From positions 7,747 to 71,746 of the forward strand of contig JAUNOO010000001.1 in NCBI GenBank assembly GCA_030531095.1: a stretch of 64,000 nucleotides of DNA, written 5' to 3'. This document shows positions 41,571 through 50,885 of the stretch, piece after piece (the stretch's first letter is position 1; every line of letters begins with the position of its first letter). The notes beneath the pieces were generated by a model. The model was not told where the DNA came from and did no database searches. It saw only the letters and a program-made list of their open reading frames with translations. This DNA is from Bacteroidales bacterium. GTDB taxonomy: Bacteria > Bacteroidota > Bacteroidia > Bacteroidales > Bacteroidaceae. A program made the position numbers and the translations under genes.

Positions 41571-44500
41571 TTGGGGAAGGTATTTGGGGTTTCACATCTT
41601 GTTCGTCTTCAATATCCACAGCGTAGTCGGCAGATTGTGCTGCGCGCGCCTTTTTCTTCTCCTCCCGGCGGATGACCCGCTCGCGCCAGATGCACTGGAG
41701 CACCGGCACGACGAGCATCGTCATCGACTGGATGAACATGCCGCCGAAGGTGGGGAGCGCCATCGGAATCATGATTTCAGCCCCCTTGCCGGTGGACGTG
41801 AGGACGGGGAGCAGGGCAATGAGCGTCGTGGCTGTCGTCATGGCAGCGGGGCGCACGCGCTTGAGACCGGCGAAGACCACTGCCTCGCGCACTTCGGCAA
41901 CCGTGCGTGGCGAGCGTTCCTGGAAAACGTCGTGGATGTAGGTGCCCATGAGCACGCCGTCGTCGGTGGCGACGCCGAAGAGGGCGATGAAGCCCACCCA
42001 TACCGCCACACTGAGGTTGACGGGGTGGACCTGGAAGAGGTCGCGCAGATTGACGCCCGCGAACGATGCGTCGAGGAACCACGGTTGGGCGTAGAGCCAG
42101 AGCAGAATGAAGCCGCCCGCGAACGCCACGAATACGCCCGAGAAGTGGATGAGCGAAGCCGTGAGCGTGCGGAATTTGAAGTAGAGAATCAGCAGCACGG
42201 AGAGCAGCACCAGCGGAATGATGAAGAGCAGGCGGTTCATGGCTTGCGCCTGTTGCTCGTAGTTGCCCGCAAACTGGTAGCTCACGCCCTTGGGCAGGTG
42301 GAGCGAGCCGTCGGCAATCTTGTCCGCCAGGACTTGCTGCGCCTCGTGCACCACGTCCACCTCGGCGCGTCCCTCGCGTTTGTCGAAGATGACGTAGCCC
42401 ATGAGGAAGGTGTTCTCGCTCTGAATCATCTGTGCGCCCGCGGCGTAGTCGATTTTAGCCACACTGCCCAGCGGAATCTGCGCCCCCGTCGCTGTGGGCA
42501 CCAGCAGGCGCGCCAGTTCGTCGGGATTTTCCCGCAGTTCGCGCGGATAGCGCAACCGCACGCCGTAGCGCTCGCGCCCTTCGACTGTGGTGGTGAGCGT
42601 CATGCCGCCCACCGCCGCCGAAATGACCTCCTGAAGGTCTGCCACGGTGAGGCCGTAGCGCGCCATTTCGTGGCGGTCGAGCGCGATTTCGAGATAGGGC
42701 GCTCCCGCCGCGCGGTCGTAGAACACCGACGAAGGCAGCACCGATGGCACGTCGTGGAGCGCCTGCTCGAGCGCTTTGCCCGCCTCCTCAATGGCGGCGA
42801 GCGACGGGCCGTAGACTTTCAGTCCCATCGGGGCGCGCATACCGGTGGAGAGCATGACGAGCCTGCCCTCAATGGGTTGCAGGCGTGGGGCAGATGTCAG
42901 ACCGGGTAAGTGCGCCACATTGATAATGGCTTGCCAAATGTCCTCCGCGCTGTGAATTTCCGGTCGCCACTGGCGGAGGTATTTGCCGCGCGCGTCGGGT
43001 ATCAGACTGTCGGCTGGCACGAGGCGGAAGCCTTCGGCAGGGTTGTAGCGTCCGCCGTTGCGGAGCACGTAGGCACCGTCGCCGTCCACCTTGAAGCGGA
43101 GCCGGTGGCCGTTGGCGTCGAGCGCGTATTCGGGGCGGTAGCTGATGGTGTTTTCAAACATCTGGACAGGCGCGGGGTCGAGTGCCGAATTGACGCGCCC
43201 CCATTTGCCCACGTTGTGCTCCACTTCGGGAATGGCGGATATGCGGCGGTCGATGAGGCGGATGTAGTCGAGGTTTTGCGCCACGCCCGTGTGGGGCATA
43301 GTGGTTGGCATGAGAAGGAACGACCCCTCGTTGAGCGTGGGCATGAATTCCTCGCCAATGCCCGGGAAGGTTTCGCAAAGTCCTGTCCAGACGGCAGACT
43401 GGCGCACGCGTTCAGAGCCGAAACTGAGCCAGCCGAAAGTGCGGTCGAAGCCCAGCCAGCAGAGCATGCCGAAGACGAATGTCACGACGGGGATGAGCAG
43501 GAACTGCCAGCGGTGGGCGAGGCACCAGCGGAGGATGCGCTCGTAGAAGACGACCAAGAGCCAGAGCAGACCGAGGATGAGGCCCACGGCGAGGGCGACG
43601 AACAGGACGTTGAGCCACCAGTTGCGCTCAGGGCCGAGGGGCAGCCACGCTTCGGCGAGGAAATGGAGGGCGACGAGCAGGACGAGCGCGACGTTGATGT
43701 AAGTGCGCAATTTCGGACGGGTGGGGATGAGCCGCGCGGTGAAGAGATTGTTGAGCCCTATAAGTGACAGCACCAGTGCCAGCGGCGTGCGCCACACGAC
43801 GGTGAGGACGACGCCCGCGGCGACCAAGCCCCAGTTGGTTACGCGCTGCCACCGCCGACTGCCGAGGCGGACGGAGAAGACCAGATACGCCACAGTGGGC
43901 AGGAGCACCACGCCGAGGATGAAGGCAAACGCCAACACGCACGTCTTCGTGAATGCCAGCGGTTCGAAGAGTTTGCCCTCCTGCCCCTGCATCGTGAAGA
44001 CGGGAATGAAGCTCACAATCGTGGTGAGCATCGCGGTGGCAATGGCGCCGGACACTTCGCCCACCGCGTTGCCGATGAGGCGCACGAGTCCTGGTCCAGA
44101 TTCTTCGCCGTCGTCCGCTTTGTGGCGGTCGCGCGCCTTGAGTATGTTTTCCACAAACACCACGCCCACGTCCGCCACCACGCCGATGGCGATGGCAATG
44201 CCCGAGAGGGCGACGATGTTGGCGCTCACTCCTGCCAACTTCATGACGATGAACGTCGCCAGTACGGCGATGGGGAGGAGCGAGGAGATGATGACGGAGG
44301 CGCGCAGGTTGAGCACGAGGACGATGATGACGATAATGACGATGAGCATTTCGTGGGAGAGCGCCGTCTCGAGTGTGCCGACAGTTTCGCGGATGAGTGT
44401 GGTGCGGTCGTAGAAGGGTACGACCGTCACCTTCGATACTGTGCCGTCCTCGAGCGTTTTTTCGGGCAGGCTCAGCGCGAGTTCGGCGATTTTCTCCTTC

Positions 44501-45462
44501 ACCCCGTCGATGACGGCCTGCGGATTGGCGCCGTAGCGCGCGACGACCACGCCGCCCACGGCTTCCACGCCCTCCTTGTCGAGACCGCCGCGGCGCGTGG
44601 CAGGACCGGTGGTGACGTACGCCACATCGCCGACGCAGACGGGCACGCCATTGCGCACGGCGACCACCGCCTCGCTGAGGTCTGCCACGTCCTTGATGTA
44701 GCCGAGACCGCGGATGAGGTATTCCGCCTTATTGATTTCGACCGTCTCAGCGCCGACGTCGATGTTGCTCTTCTCGATGGCTGCCATGACGTCCATGACC
44801 GAAACGCCGTGCGCGAGGAGCGCGTCGGGCTTCAGTTCCACTTGATATTCGCGGACGAAACCGCCAATGGAGCCCACTTCCGCCACGCCCTCCGCCGACG
44901 ACAGTCCGTATTTGACGTAGTAGTCCTGCACGCTGCGGAGTTCCTCCGGGTCCCAGCCGCCAGTGGGGCGTCCCGTCTTGGGGTCGCGTCCCTCGAGTGT
45001 GTACCAGAATATTTGTCCCAGCGCAGTTGCGTCGGGCCCGAGCGTGGGTTGGACGCCTTCGGGGAGTGTGCCCGGCGGCAGCGAACTGAGTTTTTCGAGC
45101 ACGCGCGAACGGCTCCAGTAAAATTCGACGTCGTCCTCAAAGACAATGTAGATGAACGACATGCCGAACATCGACGTGCTGCGGATGGTGCGTACGCCGG
45201 GAATGCCGAGCAGGGCGGTGGAGAGCGGATAGGTGACCTGTTCCTGCACGTCCTTGGGCGAGCGTCCCATCCACTCGGTCGCCACAATCTGTTGGTTGTC
45301 GCCGATGTCGGGAATGGCGTCCACCGCCACGGGGTCGCGGGGAAGAAGTCCGCCCGACCAGTCGAAAGGCGCAGTGATGAGTCCGCCCGCCAGAATGAGG
45401 ACGAGCAGAATCACCGTCACCAGTCGGTTCTGCAGAAAGAATCGAATGATTTTGTTGAGCAT
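41554..45462 (-). CDS. CusA/CzcA-family heavy-metal RND permease
   Basis: DAIPDI, LGPDATALG, FMPTLNEG, GFIALFGVA, RVRPAAMT. Confidence 0.93.
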   Translation of the reverse strand: MLNKIIRFFLQNRLVTVILLVLILAGGLITAPFDWSGGLLPRDPVAVDAIPDIGDNQQIVATEWMGRSPKDVQEQVTYPLSTALLGIPGVRTIRSTSMFGMSFIYIVFEDDVEFYWSRSRVLEKLSSLPPGTLPEGVQPTLGPDATALGQIFWYTLEGRDPKTGRPTGGWDPEELRSVQDYYVKYGLSSAEGVAEVGSIGGFVREYQVELKPDALLAHGVSVMDVMAAIEKSNIDVGAETVEINKAEYLIRGLGYIKDVADLSEAVVAVRNGVPVCVGDVAYVTTGPATRRGGLDKEGVEAVGGVVVARYGANPQAVIDGVKEKIAELALSLPEKTLEDGTVSKVTVVPFYDRTTLIRETVGTLETALSHEMLIVIIVIIVLVLNLRASVIISSLLPIAVLATFIVMKLAGVSANIVALSGIAIAIGVVADVGVVFVENILKARDRHKADDGEESGPGLVRLIGNAVGEVSGAIATAMLTTIVSFIPVFTMQGQEGKLFEPLAFTKTCVLAFAFILGVVLLPTVAYLVFSVRLGSRRWQRVTNWGLVAAGVVLTVVWRTPLALVLSLIGLNNLFTARLIPTRPKLRTYINVALVLLVALHFLAEAWLPLGPERNWWLNVLFVALAVGLILGLLWLLVVFYERILRWCLAHRWQFLLIPVVTFVFGMLCWLGFDRTFGWLSFGSERVRQSAVWTGLCETFPGIGEEFMPTLNEGSFLLMPTTMPHTGVAQNLDYIRLIDRRISAIPEVEHNVGKWGRVNSALDPAPVQMFENTISYRPEYALDANGHRLRFKVDGDGAYVLRNGGRYNPAEGFRLVPADSLIPDARGKYLRQWRPEIHSAEDIWQAIINVAHLPGLTSAPRLQPIEGRLVMLSTGMRAPMGLKVYGPSLAAIEEAGKALEQALHDVPSVLPSSVFYDRAAGAPYLEIALDRHEMARYGLTVADLQEVISAAVGGMTLTTTVEGRERYGVRLRYPRELRENPDELARLLVPTATGAQIPLGSVAKIDYAAGAQMIQSENTFLMGYVIFDKREGRAEVDVVHEAQQVLADKIADGSLHLPKGVSYQFAGNYEQQAQAMNRLLFIIPLVLLSVLLILYFKFRTLTASLIHFSGVFVAFAGGFILLWLYAQPWFLDASFAGVNLRDLFQVHPVNLSVAVWVGFIALFGVATDDGVLMGTYIHDVFQERSPRTVAEVREAVVFAGLKRVRPAAMTTATTLIALLPVLTSTGKGAEIMIPMALPTFGGMFIQSMTMLVVPVLQCIWRERVIRREEKKKARAAQSADYAVDIEDEQDVKPQIPSPNDAQY

Positions 45463-45663
45463 AAGTAAATACTTTCTTTGCGCTCGGGCACAGCGGAAAG
45501 GGGGGACTTTGCGGCACGTCTCTCCTTTCCCTCATTTCTTTTCTGTGCCCATTTGTTTTCTTTGTAGTTAAATTGGGTTGGGGTACAACGCCCCTAAGCG
45601 GGAAACCGCACCTGTCTGGAAGGAAGTGGTTCTCGCTGAAAAACAGAAAAGAAAGTGGAACGA

Positions 45664-46083
45664 TTAAATGAGGAGCGAGCAGTCGCGCTGCAAAATGGTG
45701 CGTCCCCACGGAGGTAACGGCGGGTCGGGCGGCGCGCCGCGTGGACTGCGCACTTCCGCCGTGGGGCAGAATATAAGAGCCATTCCGACAGATTGGGGAA
45801 TGACGGTTTGAATGGATTTGACAGAGGGTTGCGGCACCGACGCTGTGGTGTGGCGCAGGTAGTCACCCGCCGACAGTTGCAGGCTCGTTGTGCGGCAGCA
45901 GTTCATGTCGAGCGCGGCGCCGCTGGCGTCATTGTGCTGGAGCGTCATGCCGCAGGGGCAGGCGGCGTTCCCCGTGAGCGACACGTCCGAAAGGTTGTTG
46001 CCGCAATAGTGGAAAGCCACAGCGGGGTGGAGCGCTACGACCAGCAGCACTGCACACGCGAGTATGACCTTCAACTTTTTCAT
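45664..46083 (-). CDS. HYC_CC_PP-type small Cys-rich protein
   Basis: FHYCG, CPC, CC and PP motifs; first gene of metal efflux operon. Confidence 0.75.
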   Translation of the reverse strand: MKKLKVILACAVLLVVALHPAVAFHYCGNNLSDVSLTGNAACPCGMTLQHNDASGAALDMNCCRTTSLQLSAGDYLRHTTASVPQPSVKSIQTVIPQSVGMALIFCPTAEVRSPRGAPPDPPLPPWGRTILQRDCSLLI

Positions 46084-46176
46084 ACTGCAAAATTACGATG
46101 TAGAATGGGGTAGACGCGGTGCGCGTCGTTAAAAATTGTAAGGTGCGGAAAATATACCGCGTTTGGGGTAGTCGGT

Positions 46177-47187
46177 TCAGTCCTGTGTGCTGATGGTGCC
46201 GTCGGGGTGGTGCAGGAAGTCCATTGCGGTTTCGACTGCCCGTTCAAATGCCATGCTCTGTCCGGGCATTGTGATGAAGAGGTGGACGGCAGAGGGGAAA
46301 ACCACGTGGCGCGTCTTCACGCCGAGGTGGCGCAGGCGCATGGCGAAGGCTTCGCCTTGGTCCGCCAGTATGTCGCGCCCCGCCGAAACGATGAGTGTGG
46401 GCGGAAGTTGTCGGACAATTTCGTCGTCAGCCAAAGCCACAGATATGAGCGGACGCTGCGGCGAGGAGCCAGCATAGGCGTGGCTGAAGGCCTTCATCAA
46501 GTAGCTGTCGAGACCGTAGCCCTTGCCGAAAAGCCGCCACGAGGGGGAGGAGTCATTCCAAACCTTCGTCACGGGATAGAAGAGCAACAAGGCGCTCAGG
46601 TCGGTCATGCCCTCAGCTGCCAGACGCAAAGCGGTGGCGATGGCAAGGTTGCCGCCCGAACTGTCGCCGCCGAGGGCAATGCGCGAAGGGTCGCAACCCC
46701 ATTCCTTCGCCATAAGCCGCGCCTTCTTGACCGCTTCGACGCAGGCGTCGAGGGCGGCAGGGTAGGGGTGTTCAGGTGCAAGCGGATAGTCCACAGCCAA
46801 GACCGAAGCCCCCGACCGTTGGCAGAACCGCGCGCAGAAACGGGCGCAACTGTTGAGGCTGCCAAACGTCCAGCCCCCGCCGTGGAAGTAGACGAGCAAA
46901 GGTGCTGCGTCGTCGCTCTGCGGAGTGCGCGTGTAGAGGCGGAGATGAGCGTCGAGTTCCTGCGTCTGTACGCCGGGCACGGCGGACATTGCCGCATTGC
47001 GTGCAGCGCGGACGTCCTGAAGCGCCGCGGTGTCGCCCCCAATGGCCGAGAGAATGGCCTGGCACTGCCGGGTCTGCAGTCCGGTGGGCAGGCGCATCAA
47101 GAAGATATCGGCCTCCAGGCGCATAAAGTCGTCGAGGGCAGGCGGGACCGTTTCGTCTTGGGATTGAGAACTGAGAGCTTGATTCAT
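46177..47187 (-). CDS. Alpha/beta hydrolase (HSL/Aes-like esterase); start uncertain
   Basis: HGGG, GDSSGG nucleophile elbow, D-I-L, H-L-F; ORF is open to 47400 but ATG 47187 fits family length. Confidence 0.85.
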   Translation of the reverse strand: MNQALSSQSQDETVPPALDDFMRLEADIFLMRLPTGLQTRQCQAILSAIGGDTAALQDVRAARNAAMSAVPGVQTQELDAHLRLYTRTPQSDDAAPLLVYFHGGGWTFGSLNSCARFCARFCQRSGASVLAVDYPLAPEHPYPAALDACVEAVKKARLMAKEWGCDPSRIALGGDSSGGNLAIATALRLAAEGMTDLSALLLFYPVTKVWNDSSPSWRLFGKGYGLDSYLMKAFSHAYAGSSPQRPLISVALADDEIVRQLPPTLIVSAGRDILADQGEAFAMRLRHLGVKTRHVVFPSAVHLFITMPGQSMAFERAVETAMDFLHHPDGTISTQD

Positions 47188-47728
47188 ATCAGAGGCAATA
47201 TGCTGCGGGGGACAGCATGACTGGATTGATTTGAAAAAACCGTTACTACTTTGAAAGGAAGTTAAAACCCATAAGCCCTGCTGTGCGTCATTCCCCATGA
47301 GCGCTTTCAGCAAAAAGTGGCGAAGGTCGGGGTGCAAGAGTCCCGAAAATAGGAGAGAGCGGCCGGGACGCCGCATCTGATGCACGCCAATTGGTTGCAA
47401 AATTACGAAAATTTGTTCAGAAATCGCCTACGTTTGGGAATTTAATACATCAAGTTTTTGTAAAAAATGAGGATTGGGAGCGTCCGACCTTCAGAGAACC
47501 GCCCTTTCAAGATATTGGCGAGAAGTCAGGAAAGCGAAAGTGGGCGGCAAAAACCTTTTCGGAAAAAGAGGTAGACGTGTCCGTAATTTTGGTAAAGAGT
47601 TTTCTGGTATAGAGGCGTAAATTTGCAGTGGTCATTCCGAATACCCGAGTGGGGTTTCCTGCTGACGGGGAAATTTATCCCATCGGCAGGGAGAGGACAA
47701 GAGACATTCCTTATTATATATAATAGAC

Positions 47729-48670
47729 ATGAACACGAACAATTCCATCAGCCGCCGCTCAGCCCTGAAGCGTATGGGCGCGGTGTTGCTTGGCGGCGTA
47801 GCAGCCGCCACGGGGCTGTCCTCGCTCGCCGCGTGCGGGACGCCGGAGAAGAAACGCCTGATTCTCTACTTCACGGGTACGGGCAACTGCCTCTACGTGG
47901 CGCGCCAACTGGCGGGCGAAGGCGGCGAGGTGGTGAGCATTCCGCAGTTGGTGAAGCGCGGACAATATGAACTTGACGCCGACGAGATTGGCCTGGTCTA
48001 TCCCGTCTACGGCCACATGCCGCCCTACATGGTGCGCCAGTTCCTGCTGAAGGCGAAGCTCAATGCCGACTACCGCTTTGCCGTCCTCACTTACGGCGCG
48101 CGCAAATGTGACGCCGTAGAAATCCTCGACCGCATTCTGGAGCAGGCGGGCACGCCTTTCCACTTCGTCGGCACGCTCCTGATGGTGGACAACTGGTTGC
48201 CCAACTTCGACATGAACGAGCAGATGAAGATGGAGAAGCACATTCCCGAAAACCTCGCCAAACTTGAGGCGGACATCAACGCGCGCCGCCAGTGGCACGA
48301 GCCGGTCAGCCAGTTGGAGCGCGAGCAGCACCAAGGTTTCATGCAGCGCAGCGGCCTCGACCCCGAGGTGGGCTTCCTCATGAAGTGCGAGAAGCACTTC
48401 CGCGTCACGCCCGACTGCATCGGCTGCGGCATATGCACCGACGTTTGTCCGCGCGGCAACTACTCCCTCGGCTCGCAGGGCGTGGCGCTCTCGGGCGACT
48501 GCGAATTCTGTTTCGCCTGCATCCAGAACTGCCCGCAGAAAGCCATCCAGTTTGCCGAAGTGGAGCCGGGCACCTTCCCCGACGGCACGGAGAAGAACCC
48601 CAAGGCGCGCTTCCGCAACGAGCACGTCTCGCTCATGGACATCAAGCGGGCAAACAGCCAGAAGGGCTAA
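47729..48670 (+). CDS. EFR1-type flavodoxin + 2x[4Fe-4S] protein with twin-arginine signal
   Basis: YFTGTGN; CIGCGICTDVCP and CEFCFACIQNCP; SRRSALK signal, LAAC lipobox-like. Confidence 0.88.
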   Translation: MNTNNSISRRSALKRMGAVLLGGVAAATGLSSLAACGTPEKKRLILYFTGTGNCLYVARQLAGEGGEVVSIPQLVKRGQYELDADEIGLVYPVYGHMPPYMVRQFLLKAKLNADYRFAVLTYGARKCDAVEILDRILEQAGTPFHFVGTLLMVDNWLPNFDMNEQMKMEKHIPENLAKLEADINARRQWHEPVSQLEREQHQGFMQRSGLDPEVGFLMKCEKHFRVTPDCIGCGICTDVCPRGNYSLGSQGVALSGDCEFCFACIQNCPQKAIQFAEVEPGTFPDGTEKNPKARFRNEHVSLMDIKRANSQKG

Positions 48671-48821
48671 TGCGCCTCGCCACACCTTATATATAATAAG
48701 CGCCTCAGAGCGGGCAGCGGCGGAGACTTCACAGTTTCTTAACCGCCAATCAGCCGTAGCGTCACAACAAAGTGAGAACTTTGCAGCGGAATTAGAAACA
48801 AACTCTAAACTCAACGCTGCT

Positions 48822-49028
48822 ATGAATTCAGATTTCCAAAACAACGTGGTCACTGAACCCACTGAAGACGGACTCTTCATTGCCTACTTCTCAAAGCGCA
48901 TGATGTGCTACGCCTACGGCGAAACCGCCGTCGAGGCAGAAAGCAACCTGCTTGAACGCTACGACTTCAATCCCGACAACTGGTCGGACTTCGACGAATA
49001 CTGCTATTTGTCGGGCGCAATCATGTAA
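48822..49028 (+). CDS. Small HicB-like protein, 68 aa
   Basis: EDGLFIAYF...CYAYGETAVEAESNL resembles HicB N-terminal motif; terminator follows. Confidence 0.6.
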   Translation: MNSDFQNNVVTEPTEDGLFIAYFSKRMMCYAYGETAVEAESNLLERYDFNPDNWSDFDEYCYLSGAIM

Positions 49029-49052
49029 GCACCCCCAAAGCCGCTCCCACTG

Positions 49053-49089
49053 CGCGCCTGAGGCCATCCGGTCTTGGGCGCTTTTTTTG
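49053..49089 (+). terminator. Intrinsic terminator
   Basis: GCGCCTGAGGCC/GGTCTTGGGCGC + T7. Confidence 0.7.
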
Positions 49090-49093
49090 TGGC

Positions 49094-49213
49094 GGTGTGT
49101 CATAATAGGCAATCTGCGTCGTTGCTTTCGATATTCGTGTTCGGTCACATACTTCAGTATGCTCCCTTCACACTCAATCTCAGCGCCTGGCATCTCACCT
49201 ATTCTGACGCACC
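49094..49213. mobile_element. 120-bp MITE-like element with 16-bp terminal inverted repeats
   Basis: GGTGTGTCATAATAGG ... CCTATTCTGACGCACC (14/16 match); central CATACT-TC-AGTATG palindrome; no ORF. Confidence 0.65.
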
Positions 49214-49362
49214 TTAAAGGCGTTGCATCAAAACTTGCATTTTGACATAGCCCCTTTCCGCTTTTTGGTCTTCGGAAAACGCCTCGCCGATTCGCTACTT
49301 TCACAGAAATGTCTTATTTTTGTAGCGCAAAACAAAAATCGAAATCTTACACCACTTAAACT

Positions 49363-50775
49363 ATGGGAGGCTTCTTTGGCACCATTTCGCAGCGCAGCTG
49401 CGTCGCCGACTTGTTTTACGGCACGGACTATAATTCTCACCTCGGCACGCGTCGTGGCGGTATGGCAGGATACAATTCGGGCGAGCGCAGTTTTGTGCGC
49501 TCCATCCACAATCTTGAGAGTTCCTATTTCAGAACAAAATTTGAGCCCGTCCTCGACCGCTTCAAGGACTGCACGTCGGGCGTGGGCGTCATCAGCGACA
49601 CCGACGCCCAGCCGCTCGTCATCAACTCCCACCTGGGGCGCTTCGCCATCGTCACTGTGGCAAAGTTGGTCAACCTCGAAGAGCTGACGCAGCAGTTGCT
49701 TGACCAGAATATGCACTTCGCCGAACTGTCATCGGGCAGCACCAACCAGACGGAAGTGGTGGCGCTCCTTCTCACGCAGGGTCGCACTTTTGTGGAAGGC
49801 ATTGAGAACGTGTTCCGCCACGTCAAGGGCTCCTGCACCATACTCCTGCTCACCGAGGAAGGCATCATCGCCGCCCGCGACAAGTGGGGGCGCACGCCCA
49901 TAGTCGTCGGCAAGAAGGAAGGCGCCTATGCCGCCACGAGCGAAACGTCCGCCTTTGCCAATCTCGACTACAACGTGGAGCACTATCTTGGTCCCGGCGA
50001 AGTGGTGCGCCTCACGCCCGACGGCATGGAGCAGCTCCGCGCCCCCGAGGAGCGGATGCAGATTTGTTCCTTCCTGTGGGTCTACTACGGTTTCCCCACC
50101 TCCAGCTACGAGGACCGCAACGTCGAGGCGGTGCGCTTCGAGAGCGGACGGCTGATGGGCAGCGAGGACACCACCGAAGTGGACGGCGTATGCGGCATCC
50201 CCGACTCGGGCGTGGGCATGGCACTCGGCTATGCCAACGGCATGGGCCGCCCCTATCTCCGCGCCATCTCGAAATATACCCCCACCTGGCCGCGCAGTTT
50301 CACCCCTGCCAACCAGGAAATGCGCTCGCTCGTGGCGAAGATGAAACTCATCCCCAACCGTGCGGTGCTCAACGGCAAGCGCATGCTCTTCTGCGACGAC
50401 TCCATCGTGCGCGGCACCCAGTTGCGCGACAACGTCAAAGTCCTCTTCGACGACGGCGTGCGCGAGGTTCACATGCGCATCGCCTGTCCGCCGCTCATCT
50501 ACGGCTGCCCCTTCATCGGCTTCACCTCCTCCAAGAGCGACATGGAGCTCATCACGCGCCGCATCATCCGCGAACTGGAGGGCGACGGCGACCAGCGCCT
50601 CGAAGCCTACGCCACGACCGACTCGCCCGAGTACAAGCGAATGGTCGAAATCATCCGCCAGCGCCTCGGGCTGACCTCGTTGCGCTTCAATAAGTTGGAG
50701 ACGCTTGTAGCCGCCATAGGCCTGCCCAAGTGCAAGCTCTGCACCCACTGCTTCGACGGTTCGAGCTGCTTCTGA
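49363..50775 (+). CDS. purF: Amidophosphoribosyltransferase-family protein lacking N-terminal Cys
   Basis: DDSIVRGT PRPP motif, IPDSG, Fe-S Cys (ICSF, GCPF, LCTHCF); N-terminus MGGFFG. Confidence 0.85.
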   Translation: MGGFFGTISQRSCVADLFYGTDYNSHLGTRRGGMAGYNSGERSFVRSIHNLESSYFRTKFEPVLDRFKDCTSGVGVISDTDAQPLVINSHLGRFAIVTVAKLVNLEELTQQLLDQNMHFAELSSGSTNQTEVVALLLTQGRTFVEGIENVFRHVKGSCTILLLTEEGIIAARDKWGRTPIVVGKKEGAYAATSETSAFANLDYNVEHYLGPGEVVRLTPDGMEQLRAPEERMQICSFLWVYYGFPTSSYEDRNVEAVRFESGRLMGSEDTTEVDGVCGIPDSGVGMALGYANGMGRPYLRAISKYTPTWPRSFTPANQEMRSLVAKMKLIPNRAVLNGKRMLFCDDSIVRGTQLRDNVKVLFDDGVREVHMRIACPPLIYGCPFIGFTSSKSDMELITRRIIRELEGDGDQRLEAYATTDSPEYKRMVEIIRQRLGLTSLRFNKLETLVAAIGLPKCKLCTHCFDGSSCF

Positions 50776-50885
50776 AATAATTGCCCCGCGCCCTGCTCCC
50801 TTTGCAGACGCGGGGCAACTTAGTTAGCAGTGCGCCCTGCTTTCTGCCCAAAAAGTAGTAACTTTGCACCTGCAAACACAACGAT

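Noticed and set aside
47188-47400. Riboswitch or extended N-terminus upstream of the esterase
   Set aside because: No riboswitch consensus recognised and the extension has no signal or domain features; left unresolved.
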